A stretch of 64,000 nucleotides of DNA from positions 64,001 to 128,000 of the IMG/VR virus record IMGVR_UViG_3300036399_001571. One strand, 5' to 3'. The notes under the pieces are model-generated. The model made no database searches. It had not been told where the DNA came from and was given only the letters and a program-made list of their open reading frames with translations. Position numbers and translations under genes: made by a program. Each line of letters begins with the position of its first letter. Position 1 is the stretch's first letter. This DNA comes from a virus. Positions 9,508-20,063 of this stretch are shown here, in pieces.

Positions 9508-10870
9508 CTTTCTTGTCATCTTCGACCTCGATGGGGTTCTGATTGAATCACGAGAAGTCCACTACGATTCGCTGAACATCGCTCTAAGTCGAATTGGACA
9601 AGAGTATGTTATTTCCGAAGAAGAGCACCTATCCAGATATGACGGCCTTGGAACAACAACAAAACTAAAGATGCTCACCGAGGAAAAGGGTTTACCAGAG
9701 TCAGCGCATCAGCAAGTCTGGGAAGACAAGCAAAAAGCTACTCTTCAAATACTTTCAGGTTTTCCCAAAAACTATATAGCCATTGACATAATGCAGACCC
9801 TTAAAGAAAAGGGTTGGCGAATAGCTGTTGCGTCAAACGCTATAAGAGACACTGTAATTACAGCACTAGATGCAATTGGCGTACTCAAATATGTCAGTTA
9901 CATAATGAGCAATGAAGATGTAAGGAACCACAAACCTCATCCTGAAATGTATTGGCAATGCATGGTCTCCCTTGATGCGACACCAGCAAATACTATAATT
10001 ATTGAGGATTCCCATATCGGCAGGGAAGGTGCGCTTAGTTCTGGGGCAAACCTACATGCAATAAAGAACGCCAGCGACTTAAGCAAAGAACGTTTAATGC
10101 GCTTTGTTGATGAAATAGAAACAAGAGGCAAGAAGCCTGTTGCGTGGAGGAATGAAAAAATGAATGTTTTAATACCAATGGCTGGAGCTGGTTCGCGTTT
10201 TGCGCAGGCTGGATATACGTTTCCAAAACCGCTAATCGAAGTTAACGGGAAGCCAATGATTCAAGTTGTTGTTGAGAACTTGAATATTGATGCTCACTTC
10301 ATATTCCTTGTTCAAAAAGAACATTACGAGAAATACAACCTAAAACAAGTATTAGGACTCATCAAGCCAGGTTGCGACATTGTTTTAGTTGATGGAATGA
10401 CCGAAGGTGCTGCATGCACGACGCTTTTGGCATCTGGTCTAATAGATAACGACGAACCATTATTGATGGCAAACTCCGACCAGATAGTGGACTGGAATAG
10501 CAACGAGTGCTTGTACGCATTTGGAGCAGAAGGTGTTGATGGTGGGATTCTTACATTTAAGGCAACTCATCCAAAGTGGTCATACGCGAAGCTTGGGGAT
10601 GACGGCCTTGTCGATGAGGTTGCAGAAAAGAACCCAATTTCAGATAATGCCACAGTTGGAATTTATTACTGGAAGCACGGCTCGGATTACGTGAAATACG
10701 CAAATCAAATGATTGAAAAAGACATCAGAACTAATAATGAGTTCTATGTTTGCCCAGTATTCAATGAAGCAATTCAAGATGGGAAAAAGATTCGGATAAA
10801 GGAAGTTCCAAAGATGTGGGGTATTGGAACACCGGAAGACCTCAATTACTACTTGGAGAACAACAAATGA
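9497..10870 (+). CDS. Fused HAD phosphatase + sugar-phosphate nucleotidyltransferase
   Basis: N-terminal IFDLDGVL, VASN, KPHP, IEDS (HAD); C-terminal LIPMAGAGSRF...PKPLI...NSDQ...GIGTPEDL (NTP transferase). Start ATG 9497 overlaps the upstream gene. Confidence 0.85.
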   Translation: MKNNFLVIFDLDGVLIESREVHYDSLNIALSRIGQEYVISEEEHLSRYDGLGTTTKLKMLTEEKGLPESAHQQVWEDKQKATLQILSGFPKNYIAIDIMQTLKEKGWRIAVASNAIRDTVITALDAIGVLKYVSYIMSNEDVRNHKPHPEMYWQCMVSLDATPANTIIIEDSHIGREGALSSGANLHAIKNASDLSKERLMRFVDEIETRGKKPVAWRNEKMNVLIPMAGAGSRFAQAGYTFPKPLIEVNGKPMIQVVVENLNIDAHFIFLVQKEHYEKYNLKQVLGLIKPGCDIVLVDGMTEGAACTTLLASGLIDNDEPLLMANSDQIVDWNSNECLYAFGAEGVDGGILTFKATHPKWSYAKLGDDGLVDEVAEKNPISDNATVGIYYWKHGSDYVKYANQMIEKDIRTNNEFYVCPVFNEAIQDGKKIRIKEVPKMWGIGTPEDLNYYLENNK

Positions 10871-11574
10871 GCAAAAGTAAAAAAGATTATCTAGCTATGC
10901 AAAATTCGTATTATGACGAATATGCATCAAAATGGTCGCTTGACTTCAGAGACCCAGTTGTTGGCTCGTACGACGCACACAATAACTGGTCAGACTATGA
11001 CAATTTCTTATTCAAGGACTTTGATACAAATGGTCTTGTAGCACTTGAATATGGATGCGGACCTGGGAGAAACTTGGTCAAGTTTGCAGACAGATTTGCT
11101 CGAGTTGACGGAATTGATATATCTGATGTAAATATAGAAAAAGCCAGAATCAATACAAAAGCAAATAATATTTCAGAGCCAAATCTCTATGTAACCAGCG
11201 GAGATAATCTTTCAGCAATTGAGGACGACATTTACGATGTTGTTTTTGCAGTTATTTGTTTTCAGCATATTTGCGTGCATGAAATCAGATTTAACATCCT
11301 TAAAGACATCTTCAGAGTCTTGAAGCCAGGTGGAAAGTTGTGTTTCCAGATGGGGTACGGCGGAAAAGGTGAAATACCGACTGCTGGCTATTACGACAAT
11401 AACTACGATGCTGGAAGCACTAATGGTCACTCGGATGTAAGCATCCAGGATGAGCAAACACTTTTTGATGACCTGGTTGGCAAAATTGGTTTCACGAACT
11501 TTAAATACGACATTAGGCCAACTGGCCCTGGTGATAACCACAAGAACTGGATATGGGTTCAGGTTGAAAAATGA
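10867..11574 (+). CDS. Class I SAM-dependent methyltransferase
   Basis: LEYGCGPGRN, GIDIS, YDVVF, FRVLKPGG; ATGA overlap start. Confidence 0.85.
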   Translation: MSKSKKDYLAMQNSYYDEYASKWSLDFRDPVVGSYDAHNNWSDYDNFLFKDFDTNGLVALEYGCGPGRNLVKFADRFARVDGIDISDVNIEKARINTKANNISEPNLYVTSGDNLSAIEDDIYDVVFAVICFQHICVHEIRFNILKDIFRVLKPGGKLCFQMGYGGKGEIPTAGYYDNNYDAGSTNGHSDVSIQDEQTLFDDLVGKIGFTNFKYDIRPTGPGDNHKNWIWVQVEK

Positions 11575-12845
11575 TTTACATATCTCACAGAGGAAACACA
11601 ACAGGTCCAAAACCAGAATTTGAGAATCATCCAGACTATGTGGAGGAAGCAATAGCAAATGGTTTTGACGTAGAAGTAGACCTTTGGGTTAACGAGTCTG
11701 GGATATTTCTTGGCCACGATAGCCCTCAATACTCAGTGCCTAAAGAATGGCTTATCGATAGGACGCATCAGTTATGGGTCCATTGCAAAAATCCAGAGGC
11801 TCTTAGCTTTTCACTGCATTATCAATTGCATTGTTTTTTCCACAATACGGACGATTACACAATTACAAGCAGGGGTTATGTTTGGGCATACCCAGGTAAA
11901 AAATCAACTTCAGATAAATGTATAAATGTTTTGCCAGAGCGTTCATGGTGGGAAATTGATTCCAATTGGAAAATAGGTTTTTCAGGTGTTTGTTCAGACT
12001 TTGTTGGGATGTTAAATAAACCACAAATCAAGATACCTGATGCTCCAGTATTCAAGCCAATTGACTATGACAAACATTTCGTAATTGGAACACCGCTTGT
12101 TGCCTGGAAATGTGACGCTAAAGAACACTTGAACTGGCTGTCAGACAGAGTTGAGATATGTCGAAAGTTCCCAAATGTGAAATGGTTTTCTGCATTCGAG
12201 GTTGACAACAGAGGGATAGAGCCTTTTGCAGAAGTAATTGAAGCTCTTCGTGAAGTAAATGGGGATTACTGGACATACTCCATAAACGACATGCAAGCCA
12301 AAGTGGATTCCGGAAACAGATGGATTCGCATAGAAACCGGCAGAAACCTAATAAGAGAATTTGCTCAAAGAAACAGAGTGACAAGCGGTCATCATTGGGG
12401 CGAAGATTGCACTGAATTGAATTATGGCGTAATTAATTACTCTGCAGTACTTTACATAGATTCTGACATGTCTCTTGATAGCAACGCTATTGAAAAAATG
12501 CTTGAAGTCAACAGGCCTCTAGTGGGTGTGGATGTTCCTGCCTACTGCCTGTCTGGTCCAATCATTAACCAGGAACCAAGAATTGAAGAGCACTGGAATA
12601 CCGCAGGAGCGCTTCTTGTTAATGCTCCGGCGTTCTATGACTTGCCATGGTCGCACAATGCTTATCTAAACCTGAGTGATGACCCGACGTTCCAGTCCAT
12701 GGCCGAGAGATTGTTGCGCAGAGAAGGTGCTGAGAATCTTGACACAACATACGGAATGACTTGGGTTAGAAAAGACGTGCAGGCAAAGCACGAAGGCAAG
12801 CTAGTGGCTGTTGAGCAAAGGAAGATAGCGGACAGAGCTATTTGA
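11571..12845 (+). CDS. PLC/GDPD-like phosphodiesterase (SHRGN) fused to a GT-A-like domain
   Basis: MIYISHRGN...GFDVEVDLW...LGHD...WVHCKN; C-terminal half with LYIDSD. Confidence 0.6.
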   Translation: MIYISHRGNTTGPKPEFENHPDYVEEAIANGFDVEVDLWVNESGIFLGHDSPQYSVPKEWLIDRTHQLWVHCKNPEALSFSLHYQLHCFFHNTDDYTITSRGYVWAYPGKKSTSDKCINVLPERSWWEIDSNWKIGFSGVCSDFVGMLNKPQIKIPDAPVFKPIDYDKHFVIGTPLVAWKCDAKEHLNWLSDRVEICRKFPNVKWFSAFEVDNRGIEPFAEVIEALREVNGDYWTYSINDMQAKVDSGNRWIRIETGRNLIREFAQRNRVTSGHHWGEDCTELNYGVINYSAVLYIDSDMSLDSNAIEKMLEVNRPLVGVDVPAYCLSGPIINQEPRIEEHWNTAGALLVNAPAFYDLPWSHNAYLNLSDDPTFQSMAERLLRREGAENLDTTYGMTWVRKDVQAKHEGKLVAVEQRKIADRAI

Positions 12846-13725
12846 TTTTTTGATTTAGATACTCATCAATATCTTCGCTAATTGACTTAAGCGAAAACTC
12901 AATCCCTTTTCTCTGTTCTTTTGTTGGCCAACTTGATTCCTGCTCATGGCTTGTTGGCTCCTGGTTCTCCTGTGGGGTCATGACTGGATTCCAATCACGT
13001 TTTCCATTTTCCTGATATCTCTCTTCAACCCATGGGAAAGCTATGCCAATATAATCTCTTTCTCCAAGCAGGAATCCATTTGCGTATCTTTTAACTTTTG
13101 TTCCAGTTCTATCAACTAAAAACTTTTCAAAATTTCCTCTTAGCGGGGGAAATGATTTTTTGTTTTCTGGGTTTAGCAGCTTGTAGTCCGACCAAGGGAC
13201 GTCCTCATCGTGGAACGGCAATCCGTTTTCATCCTTGTCAGCCTCATATGCACCAGTGAGATAATGCCAAAGTGTGTGTTGCTCTTGTTCTTTTACTTTT
13301 CCTGGGACAAAATCAGAGTCATATCGATGCTTGTCATATCTGCCATTAGTAAGTTCTGAAAACTCGTAAGTAACGTCAAAGTGGTCAACTGCATATTTTT
13401 GAGATACCTGCCCAGGAGTCAATTCAAGATTGTTAATTTCGATATATTTCTTAATCCCATCTTGAAATTCTGGATATCCGTGGCAGGTGAAGTCGTCTAC
13501 AACTACAGCAATTATTGAGAAGTCTTTTTCGTCTTTGTACTTTTGATTCAACTCCTCAATAACCGAGTGCTGTGGGATATTTCCACATCCTGCAGCAACG
13601 TTGAATATCAATGTGACTTTTCCTTTTTGGCTTGACAGGATGTCGCTCTTCTTGCCACCCGCAGACTGAAGCTCGATGTCGTATATCGAGATTGGGATAA
13701 TTTTTTCAAAATTGTTGTAAGCCAT
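12838..13725 (-). CDS. Glutathione peroxidase-like thioredoxin-fold peroxidase (Cys type)
   Basis: KGKVTLIFNVAAGCG...EELNQKY and GNFEKFLVDRTG match GPx signature regions. Confidence 0.75.
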   Translation of the reverse strand: MAYNNFEKIIPISIYDIELQSAGGKKSDILSSQKGKVTLIFNVAAGCGNIPQHSVIEELNQKYKDEKDFSIIAVVVDDFTCHGYPEFQDGIKKYIEINNLELTPGQVSQKYAVDHFDVTYEFSELTNGRYDKHRYDSDFVPGKVKEQEQHTLWHYLTGAYEADKDENGLPFHDEDVPWSDYKLLNPENKKSFPPLRGNFEKFLVDRTGTKVKRYANGFLLGERDYIGIAFPWVEERYQENGKRDWNPVMTPQENQEPTSHEQESSWPTKEQRKGIEFSLKSISEDIDEYLNQKIK

Positions 13726-13806
13726 ACGAACATGTTACATCACGAAAATTCATCAGTTTAATAATTTCTGAATGGTAGAATTGGAGGCTCTTTTAAAGGA
13801 GGCACC

Positions 13807-16800
13807 ATGTTCGTACGGCGTCGCCGCGTTAATAAGCCTGCATTGATAATGGCGGTTCCTTCGGTATTCCTTTTGTTGGTATCGATTTTCGGTTTTTCTG
13901 CGCCAGTCCAGGCTGATTCTTTCCCTGATGCTGGATTTGAGGATGGAACCTTTACGGGCTGGGAAAAGGGAAGCCAGTCAGGGAGCCTAGGAAGCACCAT
14001 TACTGGAAACGGAACTGGCGTAACTATATTTACTGGTTCTAGGACATTCACCCATAGTCAACATGGAGCAATGGGCAGCCCTACAAAACAAGATGGGTCA
14101 GCGAACCCATATTACGCTCCAGCGGTATCTGCTGGAAGTTGGACATTTGGGCCAAACAATGCAGCAAAAGCAGTCGCCCTGCAACCGATGGGACAAATTA
14201 CATTCTCTGACGCAATGACTGCGCTCGGATTGTCTGGGTCTCCGCAAACAGCAATACAGGCACAGTTGACAGCAGATAGAAATGCATCTGGGTTTGGGAG
14301 TCCTACGCCAACCAACGCGGCATGGATTACTAGAGAAGTACAACTAACTGCTGGCACTACCTACACAATGTCTTGGAACTACCTAGGAACGGACTATGTT
14401 CCTTATAACGATGGTTCCGTGACCGGCCTTGTGCCAGTAACTGTAACTGGAACTCCAGTTATAAGAGTGAACAATTACGTACAGTCGTATGCCCTTCTTG
14501 GATTCACCAACCCAGGAACTGGCGACTATTCAACGAATTCCTATGGTGCTACTGGTTGGCAAACATCTACATACAAAGTCGATATAACCGGAACATACAA
14601 ACTTGGTTTTGCTGTCTTTAACCTTGGGGACACCTCCCTCTCTCCAGTGCTGATGATTGACAGCGAGGCTGGCTCAACAGAGCGTTGCGTCTCTGGAACT
14701 TGCACTACATTCGGTGGAGTTGCTTCTAATAGCGAAACCGCACCAACGGTTCCCCCTACAACTACAACTACAACTACTGTTGCCCAAACTACTACTACCA
14801 GTAGCACAACTACCACAAGTACTACGACTACTACTATTCCTGCTGCAACATCGCTTGAAGTTACAAGTCTCTTGGATGATGGTTCAAGCGGAACTCTTCG
14901 CTGGGCAATCAATCAAGCCAACGCAAATGCTGGTGGGATTTACGATGCCATTGACATCACCACAGAAGGAACAATCACCCTCACTTCCGACTTGCCCAAC
15001 ATTACGGCTGGGGTGACAATCACCGGCACGGGAATGGCTACGACAATTATTGATGGCAATAATTTGTGGCGAGCCATTTACAACAATGGCTCAAGAACAA
15101 TTGTTATTGAAGACATCACATTCAAGCAAGGTAAAAATGTTTCATGGAACGGTGGGCTGATTTACAACGCCTCTGGAACAATGACGTTCAATCGGATAAA
15201 GATTTCCAATCATTCATCGTGGGCTTTCTACCAAGGCGGCGGTGGAGTTACCACATTCAATGATTCCCAATTCACCAATAATGGTTATGCAATTACCTCT
15301 GACCACGGCGGAACACCTACAGCCCTGAGCCTTACGGATACTGATTACTCAAATCGTATTTATGTAAACGATTCAACATTTACATCAAATACTTATGGCA
15401 TTCGTACCGAGCGCTTTGTCAAAATAAATAACAGTCAGTTCACAGGCAACACACAGGTTGGTGCGTATCTAGGAGGGCTCAACCGTCAGCAAGTTCTAAA
15501 TTCAACATTTACTTCAAACGGTGTTGGCGTGTACTTCTCGTCATGGATTCCGACAAGTTGGGCGGTTGGCGCTGGCAACCAAACGGTTTCAGGTAATACA
15601 TTCAACGGCAACACCACTGCTATTCAGTTTGCAAACAATTGGAATAACGGCTCTTCGGTGTACAACGGAGTAAGTGCGAACTCGTTCTCCACAGCCAGTG
15701 AAAACACCTTTGGCATTACTGCGCAAAACACAAACAATTTCTCGGGCTCTGGATATGTGGAGTCCAATAACACAATCACTGCGGCTTATCTGAATCCAGT
15801 CACAAACTTGACGGCTGTGGCAAACGCAGACGGAAGTGTTGACCTTGATTGGGATGCATCGGCGGCAAGTAATTGCGTCATCTACGGATACTCAGTAAGT
15901 TTCTACGACCTCACCGTAATTGGTGGAGCAACATCGGGTGGTTGGGGGGTTTGGACTAATCAAGGAACCAGCTACTCGTTAAGCACTGAAATGTTCTCTG
16001 GCAGTAATCCTGTCACGACTGGATACGGACCAGTTCGCTTTGGTATCAAAGCAATGACGGCTGGGTGTGCCGGAGTTGGAACTGGTAGTTGCACTTATGG
16101 TCCTGAAGTAACCGTTGATGCAACTGTTCTTGACCCGACAACCACTTCATCTACTACTACAACTACGACCAGTACGACTGTCGCTCCTGTCGTCGTGACT
16201 CCCCCATACGGTACAACAGTGCCACTCCCGCAATACCCAGAGCCTGAAACAGAATCCACAACGGTGCCGCTTCCCGTAGAAACAGGAATTGGAATCGAAT
16301 TGCCAACAGAGACAATTCCAGAATACTCAGAACCAATTGGAATAGACCCAACAGAAACCGAAACGGTAGTAGTAATAATTCCACCAGATGATTATACCGT
16401 CACAGACATAGAAGACAACGAGCCAATCACGACAGTCATATTGGACAATATCCTAGAAAATACGTTCACTACCGATATTGAGGCTGACGAGGTTGGTGCT
16501 GTTCTTGACACTCTCCTTGGCGCTGAACTTACCAACACCCAGTTTGACAATGTTCTAGAAGCCGTCTTTACCGAAGATGTTTCGGCAGATGTATTCACCG
16601 AGGCACTAACGACAATGCTGGATGCAGACATCACCAGCGCACAGTTGACGGCAGTTTTGGATTCAGCGTTCTCAGAAGATACTTCTGCTGAGAATATGGT
16701 GTCGGCTTTGGTGTCAATCTTTGATGGTCCGCTTAGTTCTGGCGACCTAGACACAGTTATGGCAGCCGTATTTGACGAAGATATATCGGTTGCGGACACT

Positions 16801-17814
16801 ATGACCGTACTTGGAGACTTGCTTGAAACAAACCTAAGCGCGTCAGAAACAGAAGCAATCTTTGACAGCGTGTTTGACAGTGACCTTTCCGACGCAGAAA
16901 CCATTGACCTCATCGTTGATGTGTTGGAGGACGAACTCACCTCAGAGTTGTTGAACACTGTTCTTGGTGCGGTCTTTGACGAAGAAGTAAGCAACGAGGT
17001 TTTGATTGAAACCTTCACCGCTGTCTTGGGTAATGAACTAGACGCTGAATCGGTCGGAGTAATCGTGGATGTGTTGGAATCCGACACAATTACGAGCGAG
17101 CAGGTTGGACAAGTCGTTACGTTGGTAATTGAGCAAGAGGGTGGCATCGAGTCTGGACAAGCAACCGAACTTGCAACAAGCTCCAAGGTTCTTGAAAGCA
17201 TTGACGGCGAACAAGCATCCGCAGTGTTTAACGCAATCGTTGTTGCTGAGGTTTCAGAAGAGGCTGGTGCTGCAATTTCAGAAGCACTCACCGAGGCACC
17301 AACCGATGTTAAGGAATCATTTGAAGAAGAAATCAACGTATTCGCCGGCGTGTTCGATACGTATACCGCATTAGGTTCTTCTATAGATGTTGGTACAAGA
17401 AGAAGCGTAATTGCGGTAAACTTGGTGACCAGTACTGTGGCTCTAGCCGCTGCTGCTGGTGGAATACCAACCCCAGGCTCTAGCCCATCTAACCCATCTG
17501 GCCCAAGACAAGACGTTGCGGTTCGCAGGGAAGATGAGGAAGCCGAGGAAGGTGGAGCCATTGAGGGCGAAGGTCCTGAATGGATTAAGCGGATATCTAT
17601 TTACAAATATGAAGATGGAGTGAGAGTTATGGACTGGAAGAACTTTACAAGAAAATTTGTTTACGGAGTTATGGCATCTGGTTTCACGCTTGCTGGAGCC
17701 ACGGTTATGTACTTCACTCTTTCTGGATTCACACAAAAGATTGCCCTCTGGGGAACGGTCTTGGCATTCACTGCATCGATGTATCTCCACATGAAGGAAC
17801 CAGACGGAGAGTAA
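13807..17814 (+). CDS. Large membrane-anchored surface protein, 1335 aa
   Basis: Signal peptide, carbohydrate-binding-like domain, poly-Thr linker, SGTLRWAINQAN beta-helix entry with N/T/G-rich repeats, FN3-like domain, second Thr/Pro linker, acidic repeats, two C-terminal TM helices. Confidence 0.7.
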   Translation: MFVRRRRVNKPALIMAVPSVFLLLVSIFGFSAPVQADSFPDAGFEDGTFTGWEKGSQSGSLGSTITGNGTGVTIFTGSRTFTHSQHGAMGSPTKQDGSANPYYAPAVSAGSWTFGPNNAAKAVALQPMGQITFSDAMTALGLSGSPQTAIQAQLTADRNASGFGSPTPTNAAWITREVQLTAGTTYTMSWNYLGTDYVPYNDGSVTGLVPVTVTGTPVIRVNNYVQSYALLGFTNPGTGDYSTNSYGATGWQTSTYKVDITGTYKLGFAVFNLGDTSLSPVLMIDSEAGSTERCVSGTCTTFGGVASNSETAPTVPPTTTTTTTVAQTTTTSSTTTTSTTTTTIPAATSLEVTSLLDDGSSGTLRWAINQANANAGGIYDAIDITTEGTITLTSDLPNITAGVTITGTGMATTIIDGNNLWRAIYNNGSRTIVIEDITFKQGKNVSWNGGLIYNASGTMTFNRIKISNHSSWAFYQGGGGVTTFNDSQFTNNGYAITSDHGGTPTALSLTDTDYSNRIYVNDSTFTSNTYGIRTERFVKINNSQFTGNTQVGAYLGGLNRQQVLNSTFTSNGVGVYFSSWIPTSWAVGAGNQTVSGNTFNGNTTAIQFANNWNNGSSVYNGVSANSFSTASENTFGITAQNTNNFSGSGYVESNNTITAAYLNPVTNLTAVANADGSVDLDWDASAASNCVIYGYSVSFYDLTVIGGATSGGWGVWTNQGTSYSLSTEMFSGSNPVTTGYGPVRFGIKAMTAGCAGVGTGSCTYGPEVTVDATVLDPTTTSSTTTTTTSTTVAPVVVTPPYGTTVPLPQYPEPETESTTVPLPVETGIGIELPTETIPEYSEPIGIDPTETETVVVIIPPDDYTVTDIEDNEPITTVILDNILENTFTTDIEADEVGAVLDTLLGAELTNTQFDNVLEAVFTEDVSADVFTEALTTMLDADITSAQLTAVLDSAFSEDTSAENMVSALVSIFDGPLSSGDLDTVMAAVFDEDISVADTMTVLGDLLETNLSASETEAIFDSVFDSDLSDAETIDLIVDVLEDELTSELLNTVLGAVFDEEVSNEVLIETFTAVLGNELDAESVGVIVDVLESDTITSEQVGQVVTLVIEQEGGIESGQATELATSSKVLESIDGEQASAVFNAIVVAEVSEEAGAAISEALTEAPTDVKESFEEEINVFAGVFDTYTALGSSIDVGTRRSVIAVNLVTSTVALAAAAGGIPTPGSSPSNPSGPRQDVAVRREDEEAEEGGAIEGEGPEWIKRISIYKYEDGVRVMDWKNFTRKFVYGVMASGFTLAGATVMYFTLSGFTQKIALWGTVLAFTASMYLHMKEPDGE

Positions 17815-17834
17815 TCCTGATATAGACTCTTTTC

Positions 17835-18704
17835 ATGTCTGGAAAAATTGATAAAAATCAGCTTTTATCCGACATATATGAAAAGAACTTTAGTCCTGGA
17901 GTATTAAAATTTTCTGCGCAAGCAGAGTTCCCTCCCAAAAGATACCCCTATGAGGAATCTGGTTATTCAGGTCCGGATATCCTTGCAAACTTATATCACC
18001 CAGATGTTCTTTACAGGCTAAATACCGATGGGTTCTTTGGTGATGACTTTATTAAAAACTCGGACATCATTGCGCTTGGGTGCTCTATAACAGCAGGCGT
18101 TGGAGTGCAAACGAAATACTCGTGGCCGCAGATAGTAAAAGAACGAACGGGGATGAGCGTAAATCACATAGGGTTGCTTGGTGGCTCAATACAACAACTG
18201 GTGACACTTGTTGTTGATTTTATGGCTATATATGGAAAACCCAAACATCTTCTATTCCTTGCACCAGATATGACTAGGCAGTGGGTTTTTGATTCTGTCT
18301 ATCCATTTAGACATAGATACGAATTCGACGAATCAATAGATGACTTTTTTTGCTTTGACAAAAAACCAACGATAAAAAAGAGTCTAAACGGATTGAATAT
18401 TGATATGAAATTGGTTGCCCAAAATTCATTTAACTCACTATCAATCCTGTCCAACCTGTGCCAACTGCTTGATATTAATTATGGGTTTTGCACATGGAGT
18501 CATAGCGACTCAAAGATATATGAGAATTTTAATGTGAAAAACTATATTCCAAATATCCCACAAGATGTTTTGAATAAGAAATTAAGCTCATACAAACCCA
18601 ACGATGAAAATTCCGCCTATTGGGATATTGGTACAGACAAAATGCACCAAGGAGTTCGTGGACATCTCTTTCATGCTGAAAGATTTATGACAATACTGGA
18701 CTAA
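17835..18704 (+). CDS. SGNH-hydrolase-like protein
   Basis: IALGCSITAG, WPQ, late D..H (DKMHQG). Confidence 0.45.
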   Translation: MSGKIDKNQLLSDIYEKNFSPGVLKFSAQAEFPPKRYPYEESGYSGPDILANLYHPDVLYRLNTDGFFGDDFIKNSDIIALGCSITAGVGVQTKYSWPQIVKERTGMSVNHIGLLGGSIQQLVTLVVDFMAIYGKPKHLLFLAPDMTRQWVFDSVYPFRHRYEFDESIDDFFCFDKKPTIKKSLNGLNIDMKLVAQNSFNSLSILSNLCQLLDINYGFCTWSHSDSKIYENFNVKNYIPNIPQDVLNKKLSSYKPNDENSAYWDIGTDKMHQGVRGHLFHAERFMTILD

Positions 18705-18805
18705 AAAACCATTTGATAATTAGTACATAATAATTGACCAACTATTGTTGTAAAATTGCAGCACGCCAACTTGGCGAATTGACACTTTTTACGAAATGAG
18801 TTGAC

Positions 18806-19576
18806 ATGAGCAAAGTTGCATGGAATTACATCGTCCCTGTAGTGCTTCCAAAAGACCTTAAAGGAATTGAGCCAGGGAAGCTTCCAGCCAACCTTTTGAG
18901 GGCTGTTCCCGGCGGCGGCAAGATGCATTGGATTGCTGCATCGGCATGGACTGCTATGGTCGAAAAGGCAAAGGCTGAAGGCGTTGAGCTAAAACCGACT
19001 TCCAGCGGCGACACATATAGAGATTACGAGACCCAGAAAAAAGGATTTCTCACCCGCTACACACTTGACAAAGTGGACGGAACCAGCACTAAAACCTTTG
19101 AAGGCAAGACTTGGTATCTCAAGAAAGGTATGGCGATGCTTGCCACGCCTGGTAAATCGCAGCATAACCTCGGTTTGGCCTGTGACGTTCATTCCGCGTC
19201 TGAGCCAAAGCGCCTCAACTGGCTTATTGCGAATGTCAAAGAGTTTGGCTTCTCATGGGAAGTAGTTCCATCTGAGCCATGGCATCTTCGCTATGTTTCC
19301 GGAGACAATGTTCCAGCCTCTGTAAAGGCATGGATGGACGCCAACGGAGTTACCGCACCAGCAGCAGGCGGAGCGCCAGTCGTAACACCTGCAGCAGGCG
19401 GCAATGACATCAGCAAGCTCCAAGAGGCACTTAAAGCTAAGGGTTTCTATAAAGGCGCTATCAATGGTCAAAAAGATGTCGCAACCGACGCTGCGGTAAA
19501 AGCTTTCAAAGTAGCAAACAAGCTTGCTGCTGACTCTGTAGTTGGTCCAAAAGTAAAAGAACTGCTCGGACTCTAA
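18806..19576 (+). CDS. Endolysin: M15B/VanY-type peptidase + peptidoglycan-binding domain
   Basis: TYR...PGKSQHNLGLACD...EPWH zinc motif; C-terminal LQEALKAKGF...AVKAFK...DSVVGPK. Confidence 0.85.
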   Translation: MSKVAWNYIVPVVLPKDLKGIEPGKLPANLLRAVPGGGKMHWIAASAWTAMVEKAKAEGVELKPTSSGDTYRDYETQKKGFLTRYTLDKVDGTSTKTFEGKTWYLKKGMAMLATPGKSQHNLGLACDVHSASEPKRLNWLIANVKEFGFSWEVVPSEPWHLRYVSGDNVPASVKAWMDANGVTAPAAGGAPVVTPAAGGNDISKLQEALKAKGFYKGAINGQKDVATDAAVKAFKVANKLAADSVVGPKVKELLGL

Positions 19577-19581
19577 TAGTC

Positions 19582-19830
19582 ATGACCGAGATAATCGTCG
19601 CCCTTGTTGGTGTTATTGGACTTATAGCCGTAGCGCTCATTGAAAAAGACCGTCGTTCATCAAAGATTATGTGGGAAGAAAACAAGGCAGACCATAACTA
19701 CGTTGTCGAGAAGATTGAAACTCTTGGCAAAAGTCTTGGACGCTCAATTGATAAAACCAATAAATCACTCGACAGGGTGGAAGACAAACTCGACACACAC
19801 ATTCGCGACCACGCAATAGGAGACCTCTAA
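19582..19830 (+). CDS. Small membrane protein with coiled coil (lysis region)
   Basis: N-terminal TM then LDRVEDKLDTHIRDH. Confidence 0.55.
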   Translation: MTEIIVALVGVIGLIAVALIEKDRRSSKIMWEENKADHNYVVEKIETLGKSLGRSIDKTNKSLDRVEDKLDTHIRDHAIGDL

Positions 19831-20063
19831 TGGCAAGTGGAAAGCCAGCTAAAAGAAACGTATCAAACACTGTCGTTTCAACACCAAAAATTGACGATGG
19901 CCAAAACGTACTTTACGTTGGCGCCGGTAAATCTGTGTTTCATAAATGCCCTGTTTGCAGTAAGTCAACAGGCAAGGGAATGGTGAGAGAATACAAAAGC
20001 GAACTTTTCTGCTCTCGCGGTTGTGTTGTCTCTCATAAATCAAAGACTGAAGTTTCCGTATGA
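19830..20063 (+). CDS. Small Zn-finger protein
   Basis: CPVC...FCSRGC; translationally coupled. Confidence 0.5.
   Translation: MASGKPAKRNVSNTVVSTPKIDDGQNVLYVGAGKSVFHKCPVCSKSTGKGMVREYKSELFCSRGCVVSHKSKTEVSV

Noticed and set aside
16392-17561. 389-aa minus-strand ORF
   Set aside because: Antisense shadow of the acidic repeat region of 13807-17814; S/T-rich, with no SD.
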